Assembly: GCA_002633005.1 (NCBI GenBank)
Contig: NMRA01000199.1
Span: 189,321-253,320, forward strand
Direction of reading: 5' to 3'
DNA length: 64,000 bases
From: Phoronis australis
Lineage: Eukaryota > Animalia > Phoronida
In this document: positions 24,348 through 38,500 of the stretch, piece after piece
Layout of the letters: each line of letters opens with the position of its first letter
Position numbering within the stretch: the stretch's first letter is position 1
Notes under the pieces: generated by a model
What the model was told of the DNA's origin: nothing
The model's database searches: none
What the model saw: only the letters and a program-made list of their open reading frames with translations
Program-made: the position numbers and the translations under genes

Positions 24348-27300
24348 CTGTAAATAAACAAAAAAGTTGAAATCATCAAAGGTAAAAGGTGTTAATGTCG
24401 TTAACTGTATCTAGTGATTTGCGCTGTAGCAACTGCTTGGCAGATACTTTCACAAATATTATAGTCTTGATTACTGACAAACTAAATGTTACTTTCGAAA
24501 TTCAGTAGCGGCAGAAGGAGCAAGAGCCACTTGCCCACGAAAATTTTACACAAAAATATGTAGTTTCACACAACCTATAATTTTAATTATCAAAATAATT
24601 GAAGTTTTCGGCAATTACATTTTTTCTGAAAAAAGTGAATAGTTATCATTGCGACCGATAAAATCGAATATTGCATTTTAGTCCAATTTACATGCGTCCA
24701 GAAATAAAATTTCGACATTTTGAAAACCCCTGTTCTCAATCAAGTTGAAGTTCGTTTGTTTTTACTGAGACTCCATATAAGCTACAAATTGTATCGCCGG
24801 TCAAAAGACCAATCGCGTTGATTTACGATTCCGATTAGATAACTTCGTCATATTAATAGGCGATGCTGTTAGACATAGAGCAAGATAAAGCCATTCAAAA
24901 ACAAAAATGAGGACGAACGTGATTAAAATTTGAGTTGCTTTTAGGGTAAAAGAAATTGTTTTATCATGGTAAATCTTACACATGACTTCACAAATGTTAA
25001 CCGTTATCGATCACGGGATTTTACCACGTAAAAACAATTTCTGAATAAACTTGATAAAAGCGCCTTCAAACGTTATCGACCACCGCGGTGGGTATTAGTT
25101 TGTTTTCTCTGGTTCATATCGGATGGTACAATTTAACAAACACATACTTGTCAACTGCGACCACAATCTAGATGATCTCAACTTTGAGTTAAGCTGACAA
25201 GTGTCACCTATTGGAGATAAAGCTAATCGCATAATGATAACATATTTTCCAGAACTCGAGATATTCTGACCAAATCTAAGATAAGGGATATCCTCTCTTA
25301 CTCAGGCACAGACGTCCAGATCTCAAAAGCAAATAAAATGAATTGTCTAGAAATGTCCGCGGGCGAGTGCCATGGACACTCTCTGGTCAAACACAACTTT
25401 ATTATTTAATTGATGAGTCAGTTAAAAACAGTGACCTACTGTAAGTCACAATTTTGTATCGTGCAACAGCTTCAAGCAAAGAAATTCAGCGTGTGCTAAG
25501 GGCCTGCGGTTAAGAACAAGCTCAAAATCGTTGGCGCGGGTATAATTTATATGGTCCTTATTTCAAGTACCTTTAAAAGTATACGGTACTTGAGTGTAAG
25601 CCTGGTTGTAGATATCTCTTACAAATCGTATTTGTTGTATTATGCCACCGACGTTTAATACATATTTAATCTAGTTCAATTCGAGAGCAGTTGTTGAGAA
25701 TTTATTGAACAAGGTCACGTGATCACGCACTTACGTTTTCGTTGAAATCGATATGAAAATGTTAGGGAATTCTCTTCCGTCACGCAGAACAAAATTGGGA
25801 TCAAAGATAATACATACACGTATTTTCAGATAACTTTGATGTTCAGTCTTTTGATTGTGGAAAATTTAGCATGGGAGGATTAGACACTTATGCGGGAATT
25901 TGGATTTTCGTTTTATAAAAGCTATTTTCTATATAATGACAAAATATATTTTTTATGCTCTTACATGTACAGTGATTTATGACAACAAAATATGCACAAG
26001 GATTTAAATATTTCTTACGACTACTTTATAGCCCATAACGTGTTTTTTTCACATGTTGTACTCTACCAAATCGTTCTGAGACAATCACGTTACATCAAAC
26101 TTCTTCAAAATAAGTGGTAAAAACTTAGGGTCGTGTCTTAATTTGCTAAAACGCGGTATAATGCACGTACCATGTTCAAATAATCTACGTAAGACCTTAA
26201 TTAATTGATCTATAGCTTATCTTGCGAGGTAATAATTGGATTTTTATTTGAATTTTGCTGAAGAGGTTCAAGTGAATTTGACCAAGACTTGCAATTTTCT
26301 TATTCTCGTAGGGTTAATTCTAATTTTTTACAGTTTCTTTTTAGATTCTGACAACCGCACACATTGAAGTTGATGCATTTTGTCATCCCATTCTTGTTTT
26401 CTATCATCTGGGTGATTCCGAGGTTACAAGAAAAAGTACAATGTCTTCGTCCTATTAGTTTTGTCAAGTAATCGATTCTATAGAAAACGTTGCCTTCTCC
26501 GTTATGTTGAAAACTCTAGAGTCTCCTGCTCTTGAGTAAATTTGAAGAAATTCCGGGGAACAACTGCTGTACATTCAGTTAACCTGCTCAGAAAAAGGCG
26601 ACTTAAACTCATAATAGACTCATATAAGTTGACGTGGCTGTACAGTTGACGATCAAACTACCTGTTTATTTTTTATTTGTCGCAAAATAGTCCTGAAAAA
26701 ATATTCTTGCATCGCTGCATCGTGTTTTTCAAAGCACCGTTGACGTAAGTGGTTCGCTCTTACATGTAACATATTTTCATAACTGTTTATATTTTTAGAG
26801 TGCCACGGAAGTCTTAAACTTAATTTATAGTCTATTTTAAACGACATTATCTAATTCAACTTTTTCAATAAATCGGTGTTCTTATTTAGAACAGCTGAGC
26901 TTAAAGTGCGAAATTAGACTATTCGAAATTAGACTGACTTTAAATTTCCATTATTGATATGATAAAATAATAAAAAATTCACCGAAGTTTTTGTTGGAAA
27001 ATTTTAACAGCTACCTCCCCAATGTTTAAGCTCATAAATGTTCTGTTGTTAAATTTATATTGCTCCTGAAACACGTTCGTTTTCCCAGTCAAAAATCCAG
27101 TCAATGTCATAAGAAGAGCGCCCTGGATGAGAAAATTCGTTCGTTCACTGTTCGCACAATGCTTACCAATATTAACAAACCAAAAAACGATTGAGTGGAT
27201 TTCAATAGCTAACATTCTGAAACACTTCAATTAATTTAACCAAACGAGTTCACTCATAGGCTGAGTAAATCTATGCCGTTTTCCCTTACTATCGTAATGT

Positions 27301-29856
27301 CTTCAGAACTAGATGGCTAAAGAGACACATATAGAACGGATTACTTAGATTAATGGCAACCTGAAAAACAATTGCACTAAGTAATCTCAAGTTAAAGATG
27401 CATATAACTACTGGAGACAAGCTGATTCGGTTTTTACAATATGTAATGCAACGGTTTTCATAAAATGGCTAAATACATTGGGTAAAAAAATGAACAGCTA
27501 TAAAATCGAAACGATAAACGAGATTCGAAAACAATGAAAAAGTGAAATATAGCTCTTGTTGTCTACAGCTCGGTATGCTAGCTAGTGCAGCAATACTCAT
27601 TTGATTGTATTCCATTTGAATAACACAATCAACATACCAATATCCGCCGTCACGTCGCGCATAATGTCATTAGTATACCTTTGTTTTAATTATCGATTCA
27701 TTAATGCTAGCATACTTGGAACTCATGTTATGCAAAATTGAATTTCTCCCAATTGACTTTGTCATGAAGCTAGCCCACTTAGAAAAATAAATATCGGGTT
27801 CAGGATGATAACATATAGTACTTCTGTGATAGTGTTATGATTGACTTGGGAAAACCTACGTGTATCTCGACAGTTTTTACTGGCAAATATTTCTGTTAAG
27901 AAGAGACACACAACATTTCAAGTGTGACTAAAAACGAATGAATATTGGAAAATAAAGCTAAGAAAGTAAGAATTTTAGCAGAGTCTTACATTTCCTTAGA
28001 AATCATGAATTTCAATGTTTATGGTCAAGTTTAACATTACTGAAAATCTTTTTCGCTAACAACAAATATTGCCTCACTCATCTAGGAATCATTTACTTTA
28101 TCCAATTAAGATGTGGCAGCTTAAAACCCCATAACAACACATTAGACAAAATATCCCCTCAGGAGAGCATCAATAATCATGATGTTTATTTCTGACTAAT
28201 TGATCATAAAGTGTGACTTAATTCTCCGTTCACGCCTGTCATTGCTGCGATTTCTTATTTCGCTTCGCTGTAGCAAGCGCCAACACGTGTGTAAACGTTG
28301 ATAAGAACTGTGACATTTTTTGGAATTCTATAGAGAACGAAGTCAAACAAACCGTGATTTGTCTTTAGAGAAAACTGAAATGACTAAAATCTATAGTTCA
28401 GAACCCCAAGTTTGATGCTTAAGCTAAATAACTGCATGGAGCTCTATGAAAAACAAAAGCAAATTCAACAAGGAAAACGGTGATTTTGTGGTTTATATCA
28501 ATGTTCAGAGATGTCTGCCTGTTTTACAGTCTGATGGATGACTGAATAAATATTAAATCATCTCATGGATTCACGGAATCAATTGATAAACTCTGAAATA
28601 GTTGATATTTATATTAAAAATGAAATTTTAATGAAAAGGCATGCGAAGATTGTAGTCAAACCTGAAAAATATGAATGTTATTGGAGCTCCAACGAATGCC
28701 TAAAATATGAACTACACAAGTTGACAAGTCTTAGCAGTATTTAATAACCAATGAATTGCATAGTAAGAACCAAAACAATGCAGAGATGATAATATTGAAA
28801 TGATTAACTGCAATGCCTCACTTATGAAACACTTCGCTTGTACATTAATGCAATTGTGTTTCCCCACAAGTGTGTTTATTTATTAACTTATTTGTAATAT
28901 GCACCGTGTCGACATGAACAGGGCGCGTAAATCAAGTGTAATTCAAAGTGTTTTTCCACTCTCAGTGAGTGTGATGCTCACCATTGTAAAGAAATGGGTA
29001 AACCTGCAAGAACGTTTACCGCACGACGTCAGCAATAGTCGCCGTTCGCCTGAGTGAAAGTACGGCGAAGAATATTTTACTCCGACATTTGCAAACTATT
29101 TTAACCTTATTTTACTTAGCCGGTGACTGGGGATAGAAATTATGTCGCGGTTTCGTAAATAACGGCAGGAGCAAGAGTAACAACACTCTGACGGAGTAAG
29201 TAGTGTTTGTTTTGGAAATGACCGACACCCCTGGCGTAACAGCTTGTTGATTATGTTTAAACACGGAATGGCGAGGGATTTTAGCGGACCAAACAAAACG
29301 TAATCAACAATGGCGAGAATGTTTGCCTACCTCTAAAGGGATAATGCAAAATGTGTTTACATGTTGAAAGTAAATTAGGAACAGCAAGATTTAAGGAGCA
29401 ATAGAAACCCGCCTACCTATTATCTTCATGGCTCAGCAAAAAGACAGCGAAATAAGGAAAATATTTGTGTATTGAATCATACGTTTTTTCTGTAAGACTC
29501 AATGAGTCCTTGTTTCAGTACTGGTAAAACTTACACGTCGACAATAACCGTGAAAGCTTGGAGTTGTGGTATAGTTGCCATCGCCTCACAGTCATTTTAC
29601 ATTTGAACCCAAGTTCAAACTCTTATATACAAAAACAGTAATATCATTTAGTGCAACAGTACTTTTACTAAAACATTTGAATATTTTATAATTATGCATT
29701 GTTTTGTTGTATATTTCGCTTGCATTTTTACTTTCCGTGTCTAGTTTTGGATATAGTGTACTTAGCGTTATTAAAGAAGGTATTAATAATGCCTGTAAAT
29801 TCCCAAATGAAAAGTTTAAACAAACTCGAGTGGTTTCCGTTCAGCTGAATACTTAC

Positions 29857-30073
29857 TGGGCATGCCGTCATTGTTGTGCAACCAGCGGGCGTAGGGGTTG
29901 TCTGCGATATCCGAGTAGGCGCACTGCCCCGACATTCTTGCCGGGGAACCCATCGGTAGTTTAGCCGCGGGCAACGAGCCCGTGTCTGGAGAGACTGCAA
30001 CGTCTTTATCGTGAATATCCAGGATAGTCTTCATGGAGAAGTTGCTAACTTTCATATTAATGTCTGTCTCCAT
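29857..30073 (-). CDS. NKX2-2: NK2.2 homeobox gene, exon 1 (TN/eh1 domain)
   Basis: METDINMKVSNFSMKTILD carries the TN/eh1 motif FSxxxIL. SDIADNPYARWL matches the Nkx2.2 DNPYxRWL motif. Donor A|GTAAGT at 29856. 217 nt gives phase 1; intron 5509 bp; protein 320 aa. Confidence 0.93.
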
Positions 30074-30224
30074 CTAAGTGAAAAAACGAAAGCTTGATTC
30101 GCCAACTGTATCATATACGTGCGGTGTTCTTGCTGTGGAATGTTTCACCGTAATATACTGTAGTCTAGTATGATGACGAAGATAGAGTGACATCAAGGGA
30201 AGTCAACCTGAACTGTCATTCTAC

Positions 30225-30400
30225 TGCGGTTAAAATATAATCTTATAGAAAGGGGCTGGGCTTGAGGTTGTCACGAATGTCATTCAAGCTCACTGCTAGG
30301 TGGCGCTTTCTACAAGGACAACTGTGTTTGCAAGGACGTCTTGCGAAATGCCCACTTCTGATTGGTTGATCAGATTCTCAGTTTATCGATGATAAAATAA
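30225..30400 (-). promoter_or_regulatory. Putative NK2.2 proximal promoter
   Basis: Minus-strand TATAAGA (30247-30241) ~170 nt upstream of the ATG, CCAAT (30365-30361) and a CTCF-like motif at 30293-30306. Confidence 0.5.
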
Positions 30401-32929
30401 AATTAATAGCTTGTTTGATAGACTAGTCAATGGTTTTGCTGATAGCATCGTGAATGCCACTGATAAGGGACAAAGACTCGACGAAAATCGGAAACAACCA
30501 AATATACAGCGATTTGTCAAACCTTGCCTTGGAATAGTTGTAAAACATTCGCACAACAATACGAGAAATTTGAGGTGAAAAGCATATTCCTATTATTTCC
30601 GTGATTTTCATTCACTGTGTCCCATGGAAGAAATACGCGCAAAATAGGATCGTATTCGTAATTTTGAGTAGTTCAAATCTCAATTAGTAAGCATGGCATT
30701 TTCGTACCCGCGTCTTCTCCAGCCACTCGGCAAACATTACGGCCTGTCTCTCGGACTTTAATCCGCTGATGTGAGGTGGAGCCGTATGTACCCGAGTGAT
30801 TTGATGGATTGTATTACCCATTTTAACCCTACCTGGCGGTTCCTTTGATATCATCCCAACAGCCACTCCGTAATAGCTCAAATGAGCAACGACAAAATCT
30901 CCCGTTGCCACTCGACCATCTTTTCTTTACCTCATAAAACAGAGTATCTCCAATATCAAAGATAGGCTTTTGAAAATATATCAGTAGATTTATTGGCGAA
31001 ATAAAACTACGGTGAAGGCTGCTTTTCAGGCATTTTAAATAATCGACTTCCAGACTACACGTGGGAAAATGGTTTTTAATCAAAACAGTGGGTAAGAAAC
31101 ATCAACGTTTTAACATACGATCTGGTTTAGGCTATGTTGCCTTTTTGTCCCAACTTGCCATTTCGTGTTTCTTACGGCTTAGAATTAAGTCCCAAGAATT
31201 TCTAATTTGCTCTCGCGGGATCCGCGGTCATGGTGTTGGTAAGAGACTTTTATGAAGTGGTGTCTTATCAAAATTGCACACTTGTGAATTTTTAAACAAT
31301 TATCCACTTGAGTGGGGGTCTAGGTTGACTCTCGTACAATACCAACATAGCTGAAGTGTCAGGCTAGGAGTAGTCGACCGCTGTGTATACAGACCGATAG
31401 TCTCACTACGGTGAGATTATCGTATTAGTAACACGTTTGGAGTGGGCATTGATATAGAAGATGAGGGTTGGGTTTGAGACTCTTTAACTAGAAGACTACT
31501 GTGACTTCATGTCGAGTAGTGCTCGAATGCTATGGCGACTATTGTGACCTGATTGGTTAAAAACTGAAAACGTTTTGTTTTCCGCCGCTCAAGAGTTTCG
31601 CACGCGACAGATTTATGATAGCCGAGTGAAGTTACATTTCACAAAGCGAGTTGACAGAATGAACGCATTTTCAAATTTCGAGTATCGAAATTCTCTTATC
31701 CTGGTAGAGAATACAATGGTGCTCTCGGAGTTCTGGAAAACTAGAGAAACACCTCTCTGAGTAATAGTGATAATAATCATTGCTGGACCGACATTAATTT
31801 TTCTGCACCTTTATGCGTTACGACAGTTTTTCATTCTGAATTTGGTTCAGAGATCAGATTCCGTGTCGTAAAATAGTTGGGCGCACGAGTTTGAAACAGG
31901 AACGGCGATAAATCATTTTAACAAATTGCAGAAGCTACCCTAGCCTGCACCTGGAGAAATAGACACAGTAATTTGTCAAAATTATTTCATTGAACAACGT
32001 CAACTATCCGTAGCTGAGCACGTCGGTTGAAAACCACTAGTGTATGAAATTTCGACCTTGTAGACGGCACTTAAAAACAGAACACGTGAGGATGTTGGAC
32101 AATATGCCGTTACCAACTGTAACTCTACTGCCGATTGACGCTAATAATCAGCATGGAAATTTGGTACAAAGTTGTCTTTGTAAAAGGCATTTATAAACAT
32201 ATAGATCACTAATTTTCTTTTTAACTCGCCCTAGAAATTGTGTCATTAATACTTCGATCCAAAATTCGATATTTCATTGTGAGTTTTTTTACTTCATTAG
32301 CAATCCAACAATCAATCTTTCACTATATTCAAATTTACCGGGTATAACGTGCTTTTGAACTGAATCAATAGTGTCCTGAGAAAAACAGACAGTTTAGAAA
32401 CTTCGGTACTCGAAACGTTGTTAAACCGACAAAATGTTGTTTTTTTGCAATATGTATACAGTGATAGTACTTTTAACATTTCTCATAGAATGTAGAATGA
32501 TGTTCAAGTGAAACTTTTAACCAATTTTGATTTTCATCGACTATTTGTTCACGATGTTTGGAACTTTTATCAACTTACTGGTACGTGACTCAAGTTTTAC
32601 TGAACGTGCCGTTCCCGGGTGACAGGTCAGTGCTAACAATAATGGTTTAAAAATGAGACCTTCAACTCTTTACTGATAGATGACATTTACGAATATAAAA
32701 CGAATTTAATGCCACCTTTAATTCGCACCTGTGTACTTTGTTAACCATTAAGCGCTTAAGATTGGAGAGCTAACCAACGTCGACGACATTAACGTTACAG
32801 CCACGATAGCATCTCCTCTCATTATCATTATTACTTGTTATTGCTGTTATTGTTACAGTGTAAATATTACATTTTGTCATTGCAATTATTATAATATTAA
32901 TGGTACTGTTTATAACACTAATAGTTTAG

Positions 32930-32937
32930 TCATCATC

Positions 32938-33002
<65 letters not shown>

Positions 33003-33560
33003 TATCATCATCATCANNNNNNNNNNNNNNNNNNNNNNNNNNNNNNNNNNNNNNNNNNNNNNNNNNNNNNNNNNNNNNNNNNNNNNNNNNNNNNNNNNNN
33101 NNNNNNNNNNNNNNNNNNNNNNNNNNNNNNNNNNNNNNNNNNNNNNNNNNNNNNNNNNNNNNNNNNNNNNNNNNNNNNNNNNNNNNNNNNNNNNNNNNNN
33201 NNNNNNNNNNNNNNNNNNNNNNNNNNNNNNNNNNNNNNNNNNNNNNNNNNNNNNNNNNNNNNNNNNNNNNNNNNNNNNNNNNNNNNNNNNNNNNNNNNNN
33301 NNNNNNNNNNNNNNNNNNNNNNNNNNNNNNNNNNNNNNNNNNNNNNNNNNNNNNNNNNNNNNNNNNNNNNNNNNCACCATCACCATCATCACCATCATCA
33401 TCATCACCATCATCATCATCACCATCATCATCACCATCATCATCACCATCATCACCATCATCATCATCACCATCACCATCATCATCATCACCATAATCAT
33501 CATCATCATCATCACGATCATCAATTTCTTCTTCCTCATTATCATCGTCATCGTCATCAT
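32930..33560. repeat. (CAT/CAC)n microsatellite spanning an assembly gap (N 33017-33374)
   Basis: Directly visible. Confidence 0.97.
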
Positions 33561-33860
33561 TGTCTTCACTGTTATAGTCTTACTTCTATCGATCACTGTT
33601 TTTAATATTATTATTATCAGTGGTTCTATAAGCGAAGTGTCTAATAGCAGAATAAGCTGTAAAGTGACGTTGAAAAAATAATAATTGCTATCATTGTTTA
33701 TTCCTCTGCCACTAACAATGCTTAATTTAACACCTTTAGTTATTGCTAGTTTTTGTGCTAATTCAAATATACCCTTATTGACAGCAGCTGTATTCCTATC
33801 GGCGTCACATTATACGGTTTTGACATTGAGAATAGCGTTGTTTCATGCGGGACCTGATTT

Positions 33861-34297
33861 GGCCTTGTCCACAGGAATCCTTTTTCATTACTAGAGCACG
33901 CAACTATTTTTCTATTCTGCATTCAAAAGTTTTCAACCCAAGGTATAATTGAAGTAGCGCTTTCAAAAAGTCTTTGTCCACATGAATACGACGGACAACT
34001 CAAGGTTTCCTCTGCGTTGTCTAAGAAATCCGTCCATGCGAATACATTTATACGATCGTAACGTCAGCGTTTTCAAAAAGTTTTGTATTGACTGCCCACA
34101 CGACCATGATGTCAACGTTTTCGGGAAGTTGCGTTTTTGGTTGTGGAGACATGCCGACGGAATGCACATCCATAAAAAGGTTGCGTTTTCTCATATTTGT
34201 GTTTTAAAATGTTTGTTTTTTATTATTGTGAACAGAAGCCGTATTTTTCAAGAAAATCTAACGTTTTCAAGCGATAACTAGTCATGCAGACAGGGCA
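33861..34297. mobile_element. Decayed non-autonomous DNA transposon (PIF/Harbinger-like)
   Basis: Starts GGCCTTGTCCACA and ends in degenerate GCAGACAGGGC, with internal repeated GCGTTTTC / TTTTCAAAAAG / CCACAC motifs. Confidence 0.35.
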
Positions 34298-35226
34298 TAA
34301 TTCGATCAGTGCATTTTAGTTTTGCAACGGGCTGTACTTGTAACGAGTACTCTTTGGCTTGAAGTGCGATATGTGAACTGGAATAGAAATCAATAAGAAG
34401 TTCCGTGGTGCTATTTAAACACTTTGTGCGCACGTAACATGCCAGACGATATCCATTTCGTTCAAATACCATCTTGCTTTATTCACGGTTATTTTAAATT
34501 AAATAACTGAATTGCGTATCGTTGACTAGTCGTTTGTTCGCGAAAAACTCTATAGGCATTCTTCAGAGACATTTCAAACAAGCGTTAAACATTTAACTTA
34601 ACCAAGAGCAAACACTGTCTTTTTAATCTTCAAAAACATCGCACGAAGGCAAACATAATTGTCTCCGAAAATAATCAAATTGGTCGGTGTACATGTCTCG
34701 ATATCTTCTCACTTTCGGCATGAAGAACTTGTCAACAGATCTCGCTGTTCACTCTGCGTTAAACGGTTTACCAACCTCGCACTAGTCTTTGCTTTCCGAT
34801 TAAATCTCATTAAATTTACACAGTTTTAAATCACACTAAAGCACATATTGTCACTTTACCCATAAGAGCACTTGACAATACCCTAATGCGACTATACGCA
34901 TGGCCTAAACAGCTTAATCCTACGGGCGATGAGTCAAGCACATCTCAGCTATGAACTTGCACTGCGCACGGTAGACAAGGCGCCTGTGCTCAATTTCGCA
35001 AACTATTTCACATGACGTCAGTTTCAGTAAATATGATGATGTCAAATGTACCAAAAAATGAAGCAAACGTGATAAACCAAATAATCGTCCTAATAATTAT
35101 AACGTGACAGTAATAATAATAACAATAATAATAATTATAACAACATACCATTAAGCATATCATCAAGAAAATTATTTCACAACAGTATTATCAACGACGA
35201 CAACGTCGAGGACAGGTATGAAAACA

Positions 35227-35306
35227 ATGACGATGATGACGATGATGACGATGATGACGACGATTGGTGATGAATATGATGATGGTGATGGTGATGATGG
35301 TGATGG

Positions 35307-35341
<35 letters not shown>

Positions 35342-35387
35342 GTGATGGTGAAGATTATGATGATGGTGATGGTGATGATGGTGATGG

Positions 35388-35418
<31 letters not shown>

Positions 35419-35508
35419 GGTGATGGTGAAGATTATGATGATGGTGATGGTGATGGTGTTGATTATGATGATGGCGATGGCAATGGTGATGATGATGATG
35501 ATGAGGAT
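35227..35508. repeat. (GAT/GGT)n microsatellite with ~80-bp higher-order unit
   Basis: Directly visible. The unit ending GGTGATGGTGAAGATTAT occurs twice. Confidence 0.95.
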
Positions 35509-38500
35509 GCTAATCACAAAACTAAAAGTATTCACTTGCTTAAAAGCAAATTTGCTGCCAATATATTGTATTACAACAATACACGCGCTAATATTTCGGC
35601 AATGCAAGTGCAGCTGATTGTAATTACACCAGTGACCGTAAAACAATCACGAAAAAATACAAGCGATCGTCTGCGTTAATGAGGTTTCTGGTGAAATTTA
35701 AATGGGTCCGTCATTTTATAATTCAAGTGTTAATAAAATCACTTAAGAATTTCAACAAACCTCCTCGTTTCCTATGACAAGCCGAAGAACAATGAAATGG
35801 GTAGACAATAATTAAATGCGTTTGCCGTTCTCTCGTTGGCATTTGTTTCCCAGACAACCGCATACAGGTGACTAGTTTTTAAGGAGGTTTGTTCCTGTTT
35901 TGGAGACGTCGTCGAATTCACAATAATGACTCTAATGTAATCATTTCCTCTTGAATTCATTAAAGCCGAAGGTTTCCCTCCGCATAAACAAATCGGTGAA
36001 ATTCAATATGTTCCAGAAGATTTTCGACAAACAGTTCTAAATTTGATTTTCCGATTTTAATACCGTGTTACGATGTTTGTTTAGCTTTCTTTATTCAATT
36101 TGTTTCTTTCGAAAATACACAGTACATTTTTTATGAATTGATTTTGAAATATTTTTTTTCTTTTCGCACTAAAATGGTAATTACCAAATGCGACTAAAAC
36201 TGGCTGTTGAATATCCAGCTTCCTTTGTTTAAGGAATATTTCTTAGTTTTACGGGTGCAAAATGCATTTTGGAATTATTGTTGGCTGGTATAGACTTCTT
36301 TGATCTCATGTTTTAGCTTTGACCAAAGCAATAAAACACCAAAATTCGAGTTCTATGTGCTTTTGTGGTTTTATCAAAAATCGCCAATCTCGCCGTTACT
36401 GCTCGAGCATTCCGTGAAATTAAGGCAAGTGCCTATGAAATTACGAGTTGATACGCTTAAAATGTTATGCCGTTCGCGAGTTGGGTTTTGACCCGCTAAC
36501 GAAGTGTTAAACTGCGAATTAAGCTGGGGTCGTGAGCTCGATTCCGCGTTGCAGCCGGACTCAGAAAAAAAAAAATTGTCGCAGATAACGTCACTTCTGA
36601 AATGAAAATGAATATCAAGAATTCTGCACTTTTCAAGGACCCAACCAAGATTCACTGATCGAGATTTACGTGTACTTGCTAAGAATAAAAATCAAGTTGC
36701 ACAAGAATTCGTAATACATACGACGTATTACATATGTCGATTGCTTCCCAAACCATTTTAGCAGTGTGTTATGACTACGCCGATGTTTAACACAAATTAA
36801 TCTACGGAAATTTGGTAGGAAAAGATTGAATTTCGTGAATGCGTAATTACCATTATTGCAGTCACCAACGTGCACGACAGAAGACTAGGATGACTCTGGA
36901 GAAAAATAAATTCCAGAATTAATCAATTACGTCTGGATTGATTTACTTATGTTAATACTTGACATTACAGACAGGGTTTGAGTAAACTAATTCTCTGCTG
37001 GTCGACCAAAAGGCGATTCCAGTAGTAGGGAACTTGAGCACCGCAAACCATCCTATTCGCTCTTGTTCATAAATCTGTTGATTTTTAGTTCGCGGTTAAT
37101 GTAAAATGCCGAGTTTTAATGTGTGCGCACGAGAGAACGTTTCTAAGATTTGCCCACTCACATTCGAGCAAATAGTTTTATATATGAACAAAGATGTATA
37201 TTAATTTCAAAATGGTGTTATTTTCATTCTGAACTCTGGTTGTTCCCAAACTAACTTGTTTCGTTGCTTCCACAGCGATCAGACGTGCGTTCCGTAGACG
37301 CGAGACCCTCGCGAAAACGCAAGATAGCTCAAGACTCCGCGAGCCGGGTATCGCACTGTGTTTCACGTGAAGCACGTGATCACACCAGCTTCCTTAGCGA
37401 GATGCCTGCGTCTACAAAACTCTCACCGGAAGTGATGGTGAGCACAAAAAGGACGTTTCGGTAAAGTTTTTACAAAGCTGCTTCCTGTACTTAAAGCAAC
37501 TTGAGAATTTTGTTTCACATCGACCTCATGACGATTGGAAATCTGATCAGAGTCGATCAACGAGATGATGAACTTTGATCATGTACCTAGGCATCGTCTT
37601 TGAAGTTTGGACTACTCACACCAAGTTGTGAGTTCCAATGAAATAACTGAATGAAATCACCTGCTCACCTGTGGAGTCAAGTTTCCCCCTTATACGCAGC
37701 TTGCTCACCGTTGGCGCTGCAAAAATTAGTGTTATGCGTTGTTGCTCAGGACACAATGCCTCGTTTTAGCATCAATTTTAACAACGCAAACGCGACATCG
37801 TGCGTGTTCCAAATATGCAGAACCATTGCAGTTTGGACAACACCTCGTTTTCAAGCATAATGGCAAGTAGTGAATATATTAATTGCCCAACATTTCACCT
37901 GCTCTTGAAAGCTGCGCCACTGTCTCTGAAGCACCCCTGAATTTGACAAGAAGTACGACTTATGTAACACTTCGTGTTTTCTCAACTGGCTTCCGCTAAT
38001 TTGAATAGCTGGTTGATTTATTTCAAACTATTATCTCACTTTATTAATCCTGCAATAAACGAAACAACATATCTCAAATACTTGTTGCTTGGATGTCGCG
38101 TGCGATCTTCTTGGCAACTGCGATGTCGTAAAACTATAATGGACGGTACCAAGAGTAATGCATGTCAGGTACGTTAACAATTTAGGAATTTACGTCAGAG
38201 TCATCACAAGGACAGTAGACTAATATTGGGTAAATTTTGTGTTTTTTTTTCAGGTTGTTTAAAACTGCAATAGTTTTACCTTGTTTGAAGGAAATATACT
38301 TCATTTGGCCTTCCTATAATTTCTTGTGCGAACATCTTTGTTTGGGTCGTATTCAACCATTTTGCACAGTTGTTGTTTGAAAAATTCCTTTCACATCTGA
38401 ACTGACTTCATATTTGTTCGATTCGGTAATCTCTATTATAAATACTATCTTTACATTAAGCCCGATCACAAGGTCAGAGGACGTGACGGGTATAATCGGT

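Noticed and set aside
32910-33596. 228-aa Met-rich ORF
   Set aside because: Microsatellite plus N gap.
35218-35679. Asp/Gly-rich ORF resembling acidic biomineralisation proteins
   Set aside because: No signal peptide or splice support. Multiple frames are open only because it is a (GAT)n array, and similar arrays occur at 33 kb and 42 kb. RNA-seq coverage would be needed to revive it.
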